From Eledone cirrhosa (Eukaryota): 64,000 bases of DNA. The notes beneath the pieces are model-generated. The model made no database searches. It saw nothing but the letters and a program-made list of their open reading frames with translations, and was not told where the DNA came from. Made by a program: the position numbers and the translations under genes. Positions within the stretch are counted from its first letter, which is position 1; each line of letters starts with the position of its first letter. The stretch covers positions 113,832,001-113,896,000 of the forward strand of contig OZ024743.1 in NCBI GenBank assembly GCA_964016885.1, given 5' to 3'. Of the stretch, positions 52,726 through 64,000 are shown in pieces.

Positions 52726-53983
52726 TAATGATCTCCACTCTTAAATACTTAGGTGGAAGTGAAGTGTTAGTTAGCTATTTCTCATCAAACAACATGTATG
52801 CCTGCAAATGGAATGTTCTGGTTGAATTGTCAGATTCACCCAACCACTTCAGCTCCCCCCTCTCTCTCTCTCTAGTTCAGTGAACCATTTCAGCTACCTC
52901 TCTCTCTTCCTTGCTCTCTCTCACCCCCCCCCCCCCCCACTTTCTCTAATTCATTGGCTGCTTTCATTTTATCAGGAATATTCACCACCAACAATGACCA
53001 AGGAATGCCTTCTGCTTTGAAAAAAAACATGATGATGGTAGCGACAGTGTTAACAACAACAATAACAGTACATTATAACACTATCATCCACTGGCAGACA
53101 AATGCTATTGCTAAATACCATTGTTGAACTCTCACACTACATATTCCCTTACCAAACCCAAACCCCCGCCCACTCAATCTCCAACTTCAAAGAGATTTAA
53201 CATGATTATATATATATATATGTATAGTTGTATGTGTGTATATATTAATATAAATAGATTAGTCTCAGAGAAATTCTTGCATGATTTATCAGCCCTTGAA
53301 TATTCCCCCCCCCGCCCAACCCCCGCCCCTCTCTCTCTCTTTTACCCACATTTTTCAGTTTATATATTTTCTGAAAAATTAATTTTGGGACGTATTTTCT
53401 TTTCATTAACCTATTTGATTAATTCTGCTCCACCACCACTACCAGGGGTTCTTGAATTACCTATAAGATTTTTTTTTTAATATAACCCTCTGGGTGTATG
53501 GAGAGATTACTGTTTCATTTGAATGTCTATGGTGCCAGGCATAACTTTAAAATGACTTCAGTTTTGGTTCCAGCATAGAAGTCTGTAATCTTATTTTACT
53601 AAATGAAAGATACTGAGATATATATATACATATATACATATTTGTCATAGTAGCTTAATTGCTAGAAGTTTATCTTGTATTTTACTCCATAGTTTATCTT
53701 GTATTTTACTCCATAGGACAGCACTTTGACTTGTGTCAGACACAGTGAGCCCGTGTGGACCAGCAGTGCCGTTAGTAGGGGTTGAAACTGCCAAAGTCCA
53801 TCTCAAAGGCTGATGAGCCTGGATTTCGTTGTCTTTCGTTTGTATTTTTATTTCCAAAAAATAATTTTTGAAGGTTTCTCCTTAAGAAAATTGTTTTTCA
53901 TTTTGGCTTGTTTTCGTTTGTTGTCTTGTCCTTTCTCTGTTCATTTTCCTAAGTTTATATTTGTATATACATATATATATAAT

Positions 53984-54334
53984 GGAGGCACATGGCTTAG
54001 TGGTTAGAGTATTGGCCTTGCAATCGAAAGGTTGTGAGTTCAATTCTCAGACCGGGTAATGTGTTGTTTCCTTGAGCAAGACACTTTATTTCACATTGCT
54101 CCAGTTTACTCAGCTGTAGAGATGAGATGATAGGGACTGGGGTACTTATCATTCCACTGCTAAGTGGTCGTGCAGGTGCCACGGAAAAAAGCACCCAACA
54201 CTCACTGTAAATGAAGTTGGTGTTAGGAAGGGCATCCAGCTGTAGAAATCAAGCCAGAATCAGTTCCTGTCCCACCTTTGCAAGCAGGGAAAAAGTGGAC
54301 GTAAAATGAAATGAATGAAATGAAATGAAATGAA
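53984..54334 (+). mobile_element. SINE family A with (AAATG)n tail variant
   Basis: Full head and body; tail gtaaaatgaaatgaatgaaatg. Confidence 0.92.
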
Positions 54335-54366
54335 TATATATATATGTGTGTGTGTATATATATGTA

Positions 54367-54404
<38 letters not shown>

Positions 54405-54518
54405 TTCTGTATAAGCAAGACATGGTCACCTGATCTAGCATTGCCCACAACAGGACAACTCGTTTAACCCATGGTAGTGTAGAAAATAGATGCAAAATGG
54501 TGATTATGATGATGATGA

Positions 54519-54855
54519 TCATCATCATCATTTCATTTTACGTCTGCTTTTCCCTGCTTGCAAGGGTGGGACGGGAACTGATTCTGACTTGATTTCTACA
54601 GCTGGATGCCCTTCCTAACACCAACCTCATTTACAGTGAGTGCTGGGTGCTTTTTTTTCCGTGGCGCCTACACGTCCACTTTGCAGATGATATGGACTGG
54701 GGTCTCTATCATCTCATTTCTACAGCTGAGTAAACTGGAGCAATGTGAAATAAAGTGTCTTGCTCAAGGAAACAACACATCACCCGGTCTGAGAATTGAA
54801 CTCACAACCTTTCGATTGCAAGGCCAATGCTCTAACCACTAAGCCATGTGCCTCC
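54519..54855 (-). mobile_element. SINE family A, full length
   Basis: Matches the family; joined tail-to-tail with an older SINE tail at 54400-54519. Confidence 0.92.
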
Positions 54856-54873
54856 TATATATATATATATATA

Positions 54874-56882
54874 TCATCATCATCATCATCATCATTTTAC
54901 GTCCGCTTTTCCCTGCTTGCAAGGGTGGGACGGGTCTTATTCAGCACAGCATCTCTCCACTCGTCACGGTCCTTCGTCATCTCCACCGTGAGCTTCAATG
55001 ATCTGAGGTCTGTTTCACCACCTCCGCCTATGTTTTTCATCGTCTACCTCTACCACGTCTTCCTTCAACTGGCATTTCCTGGCACTTCTTCACCCACCAG
55101 TCATCCTCCATGCGCATCACATGTCCATACCACCTCAGTCTCCTCTCCCGTACACTACATTCTATCCCTCTCAGACACAGTTTCTCTCTCAACACATTTA
55201 TGCTGGGTCGTTCATGCACATTTACACTGCACATCCAACGGAGCATGCTTGCCTCATTTCTCTCCAGCCGTCACATATCCTCTGCAGTTGCTGCCCATGT
55301 CTCACTACCATGCAGCATCGCGCTCCTCACACAGGCATCATACAACCGGCCTTTCGTACGCAGGGAGAAACCCTTCTTCGTCAACAGAGGAAGCAGCTCC
55401 CTAAACTTCTTCCAACCCGTCCTTATTCTAGATACTATGGCCTCAGAACACCCTCCTCCCATGCTAATCTGATCTCCTAGGTACTGGAAGCTATCCACCA
55501 CTTCTATAGCGCCCTCCTGCATTTGAAAATGTATCTATCAATGCGACTTCTACTGTCTAATTTCCCTGTACATCTACTGCATACATATTTCTCCCTACCT
55601 GTTAGTTTGCCTGCTATCCCACTACATCTCTTGTGTACCCAGGATCTGCATTGTGTGCATTTTATAGAATTTATGCCAGTTCCTTTTCTGCATATCAAAC
55701 ATGGCCATTTCCCTGACGGAATCAGAGTTTTGTCCTCTTTTCTACTCATCAACACTTTTGTCTTAGTTAGGTTCACTCTCAGTCCTCTTGCTTCCAACTG
55801 CTGTTTCCATAGCCAGAATTTATTCTCTAGCTCCTCTACTGATTCTGCTATAAGAACCAGATTGTCAGCATAGAGAAGTTCCCATGGACAGCCAGTCTTA
55901 AACTCCTCTGTTATGGCTTGGAGGACTATAATCAACAAGAGCAGGCTGAGGACCGAACCTTGATGTACTCCTACTTGTATCTGGAATTCCTCACTAAACT
56001 CCATTCCTACCCTGACTTTACTGAGAGTACCTCTGTACAAAGTTTGCACTGTCCTCACAAGCCATTCCTCAACACCTAGCTTCCTTAGGGACCACCAGAT
56101 GACAGATCGGGGTACCCTATCAAAGGCCTTCTCTAGGTCAACAAAGGCTAAGTATAGTGGCTTATTTTTCTCTAAGAACCTCTCTTGCAATTGTCTCACC
56201 AAGAAGAGGGCATCTGTTGTACTCTTCCCAGGCACAAAACCAAACTGCATCTCATCTAGTTTGACCCTTTCTCTAATTAGTTGTGCTAATATCCTTTCTG
56301 CCACTTTCATAACCTAATCCATCAGTTTTATACCCCTATAATTGCTCCTCTCCAGAGCATCTCCTTTACCTTTGTAGCAATTTATGAGAATACTGCTGCA
56401 CCAGTCTTTGGGTATGACACCACCATATATAGCCTGATTGATGATGCATGCAACCAGTTTAGTGCATACGTCCCCTGATGCCTTCAGCATCTCAGCAACT
56501 ATTCCCGATGGTTCAACAGCTTTACCATTTTTCATTTCCCTAATCGCCTCTTGGACCCTATATTCGTCAATCTCAATAGCTGGTCCCTCTGTCGGATCTA
56601 CTAAGGGTAATTTCTCTCTCTCCCATTCTTTCTCCACATTCATCAGTCTCTCATAATGACATTTCCAGGCCTCCTTTTTCTGATCATTCATGACACTAAG
56701 TACACCGGCATCATTCCGGACACATTTATCTCCAACAACAACCTGATTTGCATTGACACACTGCCTTGCAATGTGGAACACCGCATGCCTCTGATCTTCC
56801 CGTCGCAGAACATTGGCAAACCTCCTACTCTCCGCCTCCCTGCATGCTAAGTACACCTGACGTCTAGCTTCTCTCTTAGTGG
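54874..56882 (-). mobile_element. RTE LINE family B, 5'-truncated, inactive (RT plus PHD finger)
   Basis: [24 protein letters not shown] (catalytic D lost), C4HC3 finger, [12 protein letters not shown]; internal stops and frameshifts; ORF ends KTRPTLASREKRT* directly before (atg)n. Confidence 0.95.
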
Positions 56883-56914
<32 letters not shown>

Positions 56915-56916
<2 letters not shown>

Positions 56917-57682
56917 CATCATCATCATCATCAACGTTTAACGTCCATGTTCCACGCTTGCATGGGTTTGGACGGGGGTTTTCCCACTTGAGGCAAGAGT
57001 GATTGTCTTGCTCGCATAGGACTGTCTGGCGAGTTTTCTGCAGCTGGATGCCCTTCCTAACACCAACCACATTTACAGTGTGGGGCTGGGAGGTTTTTAC
57101 CGTGTTGCCTACACGGCCACATTACAGCGTGGACTGTGTGTTTTTTTGTCGTGACACCTACACGATCTCATTTGTTTCGGCCTGGATGTTGTGGCACCAA
57201 CATAACTTTACATTGAAAGGGGCGGTGTGGATGGGGTGGGGGTGGTGGGATGGGGTGTATTTTGTTAGAGATGCCTACTGACTGTAGTAGGTTTTACTTT
57301 GTATTTAGGTAAGGCGGGTCTTCTCTATTACTGAGTACCGCCAAAGGTCTCGGTCCAGTGACATTGTCTTGGAGAGGTGTAAGTGTGTGAGGTCGGAATT
57401 TATCAGCTCGTCCCAGGTTTTTCTGGGTCTGCCTACTCCGTGGCTACCGTCTATCTTTATTGCCCTGCAATTTGTTATACAGCTATCGTCTTTCATGCGC
57501 ATCACATGACCATACCAACGTAGCCTTCTCTCGAGTAAACAACATCTGATCCCTCTTATTTCTAATTTTTTCCTTAGTTCGTTTATGCTTTGCCGTTCAC
57601 GTATATTACTATTACACATCCAGCGGAGCATACAAACTTCGTTCCTCTCTAGTCTGCATATATCCTCTGCACACAATGCCCA
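56915..57682 (-). mobile_element. RTE LINE family A, 5'-truncated
   Basis: CAEDICRLERNE...EKTRLT* plus the same long 3' UTR. Confidence 0.96.
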
Positions 57683-57809
57683 AATTCAAGTGAAAAAAAC
57701 TCTATTTATGGGAGTATAAGTCAGACAGACCCAAAAAATATTTTAGTCGATCTCACTTATGTATTGATCTTCCTACCATGATTTCATTTTGCAGAAGAAG
57801 TAATGTACA

Positions 57810-58195
57810 TAATCATCCTCATCCTCTTTACGTTTTTCCAGACTTGCATGGGCTGGACAGGTCCTTGTTAGCTAAGCATCTCTTCTCTCATTACATTTCT
57901 TTGTCATCTCCCCTGTGAGTCTCAGTGATTTGAGATCAACTCTCATCACCTCTGCCCAAGCCTTTCTAGGTCTACCTCTACTGCAGCTTCCTTTCTCTGG
58001 CATTTCCTGGCACTTCTTCGCCCATTGATTGTCATCTATGCGCATCACATATCGGTACCAATGCAGTCTTCTCTCCTGTTCACAAAGTCAGATTCCTCTG
58101 AAACCCAGCTTCTCCCTCAGTTCGTCCAAGTTCTGTCTTTCTTTCACATTTATATTGAACATCCAATGAAGCATGACGGCTTCATTTCTCTCCAG
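57810..58195 (-). pseudogene. Decayed RTE 3' fragment (family B-related)
   Basis: RRLHWYRYVMRI- and RGRPRK-like remnants plus an RTE-type tail. Confidence 0.75.
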
Positions 58196-58999
58196 GAAAG
58201 ACGAAAAGCAAAGTTTACTTCAGCTGGATTTGAACACAACGGGCCCACAACGGGCCATACCTAAATGTTGCAAATGATTTTGTCCGGTTTTCTAACCTTT
58301 TGTCCTTGGCAGATAAGTTTATAATAATACTGACACATGCCCAATGTAGTTTTGTGTATAATCTGAAATATCATGGTTTTTACGTCTTTATATAATAATA
58401 TAATTATATATAGTTAACTTGTTAATGCACATTGCATTAAATATGTTAACACTAACTTTACTGTTGTTTTTCCTGTAAATGGTGACACTGAATAATTTTA
58501 ATGTTTAGACAGTTGATATTAAGTTTAAACTGTGATAAGAGAGGGAGAAAGAGAGAGACTGACTGGGGGAGAGGAAGAAAGAAAGAGGGAGGGGAAACGA
58601 GAAAGAAAGAGTGGAGAAGAGAGAGGGTGGGAAAAAGAGTAAATGGGTTCTAAGGAGAATGATTTGGGCAAAATATTTGACAGTCTAAAAAGCAGTGTGA
58701 GTAATGAGAGACAAAGAGAAAGAACCTAAGAGTGTGTATATGTGTGGCTAGCAGTGGGATAGACAAACAGACAGACAAATACATAGAAGTGTTACATTAA
58801 AGTGAAGCAATTAGCTTATAAAAGATAAATTCAATGTAACAAAAAGTGAGAGTTTTAATATTATGACAGTAAGCTGATGGAAGAAAGGACACTTTGACAC
58901 TTGTTTCAGAGATTAAAGGTAGTTTTTCTTTCCCTTCTCTTCAATTAGTTGGCTAGAATCCATAAAATATTATATTACTGTTTTCTATGTTATATTGTG

Positions 59000-59120
59000 A
59001 AGGCGCCTGGCCTAGTGGTTAAGGTGTTGGACTTACAACCATAATATCATGGATTGGGTAGGTCCATTGTGTTCTTCATTTCACATTGTTCCAGTTAACT
59101 CAGCTGAAAATGAGTACCAG
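59000..59120 (+). mobile_element. Degenerate tRNA-headed SINE
   Basis: aggcgcctggcctagtggttaag head; ttcacattgttccagttaactcagctg body. Confidence 0.65.
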
Positions 59121-59453
59121 CAGCACCTAGAAAGTTAACTTTGTAATAGACTAATATTGTGTCCAAGAGGAATCTTGTACTCTTAGTCTCTCAACACATT
59201 ACTCTATATTTATTATTGTATTTTCACAGAAAAGGCATTATCTCACATAATATCAAATCTATGAGATTTTGATATTATCTATTTTGAGAACAATACCTTA
59301 ACATCGTTATGAATGGCCGATTACGACCAGTTTGAACAGAAAAGGTGGGAGAATTCTGGTCAGACACCAGGGTTAAACACCAAGTGAATCTGGTATTCAA
59401 CCTGGCCTGATGAGCTTGGGTCAGACTTTAACTTTTATTTGAAACTATATAAT

Positions 59454-59638
59454 TGTTTCTACTTTAGGCACAAGGCCAGCAATTACCCAGTGCATTACTG
59501 GTACTTTATTTTATCGACCCCGTAAGGATGAAAGGCAAAGTCAACTTCGGCGGGATTTGAACTCAGATCGTAAAGGGACGTAACTATGCTGGAAAGCATG
59601 GCGTCTGACCCTCTACCGATACTGCCAATCCACCGCCC
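59454..59638 (-). mobile_element. SINE family B, full length, with 15-bp TSD
   Basis: ttgaaactatataat at 59439-59453 and 59639-59653. Confidence 0.93.
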
Positions 59639-60439
59639 TTGAAACTATATAATAAAAACCCTTTTGTTTCCATATTTCTAAAATACCTGCATATTGTTAG
59701 ATGCAACTAAAAGGTTTGGCACCAAGAAGAACATTTAGGCATAAAACATTGCCTCAAATAAGAACCCATAATGAGTGGGAAGTCTGTCACGGAGGCCCAC
59801 AAGACTAAATCCTACATTAGCTGGGAAAATAGCCTTAAAATGCTTTTTGTTTCCATATTGTTAATGAAATACACTTCATATGTGTATTAATTAATTTCTA
59901 TAATATTCAAGAATTCTCTGCAAAGCTGTTCTGCTAGAGAACGGTTGCAGGTGGTGGATAGTGATATGGCCACCAAATATGATGGTTAGTTGCAATAAAA
60001 GCAGGCAGCTTCTAGACAAATAAGCAACCCTGGAGCAACAGGGGTAAACTGCTAAGGGATAGGAAGAAATGGGAGACACCTGAGGCTCCCAAGAAAACTC
60101 TCACAAACCAGTGATGTAGTTACGATGAGGCAAGTAAAGGCCACCTCTAAAAAGAGCCTCGTCTTTGCGGGTTTGAGAAAGTACCAGATTTGTGACTGGT
60201 GCGAATAAGACAACTAGAGCTGCAATATGGTGAGAGGTATGAAAAGGAACCATATCGCATTGTCCTTTGCATGGGTTACTAAGAGACATGTTCAGGACTT
60301 AGGTAGAGGGGCCTATTCAAAAAATATATTGCAGTCTCCATTTCATGCCATAAAACTGGTGATGGGCCAGCGACCTGTCCTGGGAGGCCACCTATCTTGG
60401 GAATGGACGCATAAAGATTGTGTGTCCTGAGATTTCAAA

Positions 60440-61550
60440 GGGAGTTCAGAACCTCAATAATGGGAACCTGCAACATCACAACCCTTACAGGTAAGGAGCA
60501 GGAACTAGTGGAGGAGGCTAGATGTTACCGGCTAGATATAGTCGGGGTTTCCTCAACAAAGTGCCATGGCTCTGATACTGTAGATTTGGATGGAGGATGC
60601 AAACTCCACTATTCAGATATGGCACCAGAAATGACTGCACAGGCAGGGGTGGGGATACGCACAAGCACCTGGCTGACAGAATGTGTTATGGGCTGGATCC
60701 CACTAGGAGGGAATATTTGCCTCTTGAAGCTTAGGCTGAAAGATAGGTCTCTGTGGCTGGTGCAAGTTTAATCATCAAACAAGGAGTCTGAATACAGGTC
60801 CTTCCTTGAAGTCACTGCAATATTAGATGTAGTTAAAACTGAGTCATATATCCTGATGGGAGCCTTCAATGTACATGTTGCCACTGACCACCATGTCCTG
60901 GAAAGGAGTGATTGGAGGGAACGGCAACCCCGATCTAAATACAAATGGAGAGGCCTTTTTAGACTTCTGTTCTAGCAATGGACTCTCTATCATGAACATC
61001 TTCCAGTACAGAGACATCTATAGATATACATGGTATAAGGGGAATCAAAGACAGAGGTCAATAATTGATTTCGTTATTGTCTCTGATCTCTTTGATTCAG
61101 TGCTGGATGTTCATCTTAAGAGAGGGGCTGAGCTGTCAACGGATCACCATCTAGTGTAAAATCAGTTGGCTGGAATTTTTTGATGACATTGTGTTACTTA
61201 ACTCAACAGAAGGTGATCTTTGATTTGTACTTAAAAGATTTTATGCTGAATGCTGCATGGCTGGCATGAATATCAGTGCTGTGAAACCTGTGACACTTGT
61301 CCTCTCTTGGAATCCTGTGCAGTACATTTTATATGTGAATGGAGTTCCACTGAAGCAGGTAGAGAAGTTCAAGTATTTTGGGGCCATGTTCAGGAGGCTG
61401 AATTAAGTGCAAGAATTGCAGGAGCTGGTGTAGTAATGTGCCAGCTTCAACATTCAGTAGGTGTAAAAGCCAAACCTGCTATCTTCAATTGGATATTCAT
61501 GCCAACTCTTACCTAAGGTCAAGAATCTTGGGTAATGACTGAAAAAATAT
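60440..61550 (+). pseudogene. Third RTE family: APE domain plus fragments of RT, heavily deleted
   Basis: GTCNITTLTGKEQELVEEA..RLDIVGVSSTK, WKGVIG, RSIIDF, AELSTDHHLV; then remnants of DD and LKQVEKFKY. Confidence 0.82.
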
Positions 61551-62049
61551 GATTGCCCAGGAATAAGAGGGCAAAGAAGAAGAAAAAGAAGAAGGTTCAA
61601 TAAATGGAAGGAGTTTAGTACAGTAACAAACTAGGTGATGATTTGGAATAAGCAATAAGTATGCATTCATCTGTTTCAAAAATGAGTGTTCCACTTATTC
61701 AATCTACAGACTGGCTCACTTGTAAACCTTTAAAATACGCACCCTTATGAAACCGCCTCTATTAAAGTGATTAAATTTAAATTTAAATCTTGTGTTGAAA
61801 TCTCATTATTACATACAAGATAATATTAGATTTCAGGAGTGAAATAGTTGTCTTTTGTTTTTAAGTTGAAAGTTAGTTATTTCAAACCTCTCATAATTGT
61901 TAATTATTTTGGTAATTAAGGTATAAAACAAATCCTCGGGTAAGGAAGCTGCAGTCGAGGGTGACTAAGGAAGGCTTGGCCAGAGGTTGTGAGAACTGAT
62001 CACAAATAGCTGAAGCACACAGAGATGACATTTACCATAGCCTTGGTTC

Positions 62050-62370
62050 AACCTAGGCCTTGTGAGTGAAACTGGATATAAGAGGAATCAGATGTGTGCA
62101 GGAGAGAAGACTAAGCTGTTATGGATATGTGATGTGCATGGATGTTGATTGCTGAGCAAAGAAGTGCCAAGAAATCCCAGTGGAAGGAAACTGTAGTAGA
62201 GGAAGACCTAGGCAAAGGCAGTGAGAGCTGATCTTAAATCACTGAATCTCAGAGAGGAGATGATAAAGGATCACTGTCAATGGAGAGATGCTGCACTGGA
62301 AAAGATACAACCAACTCATGCAAGCATAGAAAAGCAGGTATAAAACGATGATGATGATTATGATGATGAT
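62050..62370 (+). pseudogene. Decayed RTE 3' fragment
   Basis: ERRLSCYGYVM and RGRPR remnants; tail aaacgatgatgatg. Confidence 0.75.
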
Positions 62371-62689
62371 AAAAACTGTATACTCTTCTTAAAAATATAG
62401 TCAGAAAAGAGTTAAATTAACAAAAGTGTGGTTGTATTTCATAGTCAAGTATATCCTTAATATCTAATTTTCTGGTAGATTCAGTTTGACACATTCTGTG
62501 GCACGGTTGACCCATTGAATTAAAGGTGCAATCCCTTCGATAAGCTTTCAGACAGTTTCTGCCAACCTAGTTTCACTCACATGGCTCGAGTTAACCCAGT
62601 TGCCCAAAATGCCAAAATGCCATACAGAAACTTTATGATTGTTGCTTGTGACTTCCTTGAATTATCATTGTTTGATTAATAGCTTCTGC

Positions 62690-63692
62690 TACCTAAGTGA
62701 TCTAAATAGCAGTGGAAGAGTGTTCTCTGAGAGCATAGTAGCTAGAATAAGAACAGGATGGAAAAACTTCAAAGAGCTATTTATAACCTCTGTTGACAAC
62801 AAAAGCTTTCTATGAACAAAACATTGGCTGTATGATTCCTGTGTGTGATTTGCAATGTTGCATAGAAGTGAGACATGGTCAGTGAATGCAGAGGATATGA
62901 AATGGCTGGAAATAAATAAAGTGAACATGCTCCATTTGATGTACCATGTTGATATGTGTGAATGGCAGAGCATGAATGAACAGAGAGAGAAACTGGGTAT
63001 AAGTGGAATCAGATTTAGTGTGCAAAAAAGAAGACTACACTGGTATGGATATGTGATCATCATCATCATTTTATGACCGCTTTTCCCTGCTTGCAAGGGT
63101 GGGATGGGAACTGATTCTGGCTTGATTTCTACAACTGGATGCCCTTCCTAACACCAACCTCCTTTACAGTGAGTGCTGGGTGCTTTTTTTCCCGTGGTAC
63201 CTACACGTCCACTTTACAGTGTGGGCTGGGTGCTCTTTTGCCGTGGTACCTCCACGACCACTTTGCAGTGGAATGATAGGAACTCCAGTCCTATCATCTC
63301 ATTTCTACAGCTGAATAAAAGTGGAGCAATGTGAAATAAAGTGTCTTGCTCAAGGAAACAACTCAAGGAAACAACACATCACCTGGTCTGAGAATTGAAC
63401 TCACAACCTTTCGATTGCAAGGCCAATGCTCTAACCACTAAACCATGTGTCTCCATGTGATGTGTATGGAAAATGATTATTGGGTGATGAAGTGCCTAGA
63501 AATCTTAGTGAAAGAATGCTGGAGTAGAGGAAGACCTGGATTGTGGTGTTGAGAGCTGATCTCAAATCACTGAAGCTCACAGTTTAGATTACAATGGACT
63601 GTAATGAGTACAGGGAGTCTGTGTTGGAAAAGATCTGTCCAACCCATGCAAGAATGGAAAGACAGACATAAAGCAATGAAGATGATGATGAT
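62690..63692 (+). pseudogene. Decayed RTE 3' fragment interrupted by a SINE A
   Basis: RIRTGWKNFKEL, MLHRSETW, KRRLHWYGYV before the SINE; continues at 63455. Confidence 0.85.
63058..63454 (-). mobile_element. SINE family A nested in an RTE, 7-bp TSD
   Basis: atgtgat at 63051-63057 and 63455-63461. Confidence 0.92.
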
Positions 63693-64000
63693 AATTGACT
63701 CATTTATGTACAGCTATGATATATTATATTTCATCCCTTCAAAATACTAAACAGTGTTAACTTTACACTGACAGCAAAACTTCTGACTTAACACCTTTCT
63801 TATCAAGATGACACATTTGGATATGAACCAGAGACAAAGGAAGTGGGTAATGATTACTAATGCAGGCACAAGGCCAGCAATTTATGGTGAGAGAGAGGGG
63901 AGTCAATTATATCAAAACCCTCACCCTCACAAGAATGAAAGGCAAAGTTGTCCTCAGCAGGATTTCATCTGATAGTCTAACGACTTTGTTAACACACCAC

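Overview
Repeat-dominated eukaryotic DNA with no confidently identifiable host gene. The SINE families, (ATG)n-tailed RTE LINEs and extreme microsatellite density suggest an octopod cephalopod (inference). The window holds: a decayed Helitron (HUH-Rep plus Pif1 helicase, intact hairpin-CTAG 3' end); a nearly intact RTE LINE (APE, RT and an internal PHD finger, open for about 1000 codons but 5'-truncated) with further copies and fragments of at least three RTE families; an internally deleted LTR retrotransposon (TG..CA LTRs, 5-bp TSD, RNase H and integrase); CRE-clade fragments; two tRNA-derived SINE families; TA- and TTAA-flanked MITEs; hammerhead-ribozyme motifs and fold-back inverted repeats typical of Penelope-like relics; and kilobases of micro- and minisatellite, which account for most long ORFs in the track. 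Best leads: (1) an RTE family whose 3' UTR carries a SINE-type V-like domain and a borrowed tail, seen in four copies; (2) a directly visible SINE-LINE partnership; (3) apparent targeting of (TA)n tracts that builds head-to-tail retroelement stacks; (4) a PHD finger conserved inside the RT region of two divergent RTEs; (5) chains of abutting palindromes with hammerhead cores. I cannot establish novelty for any of these without database searches.
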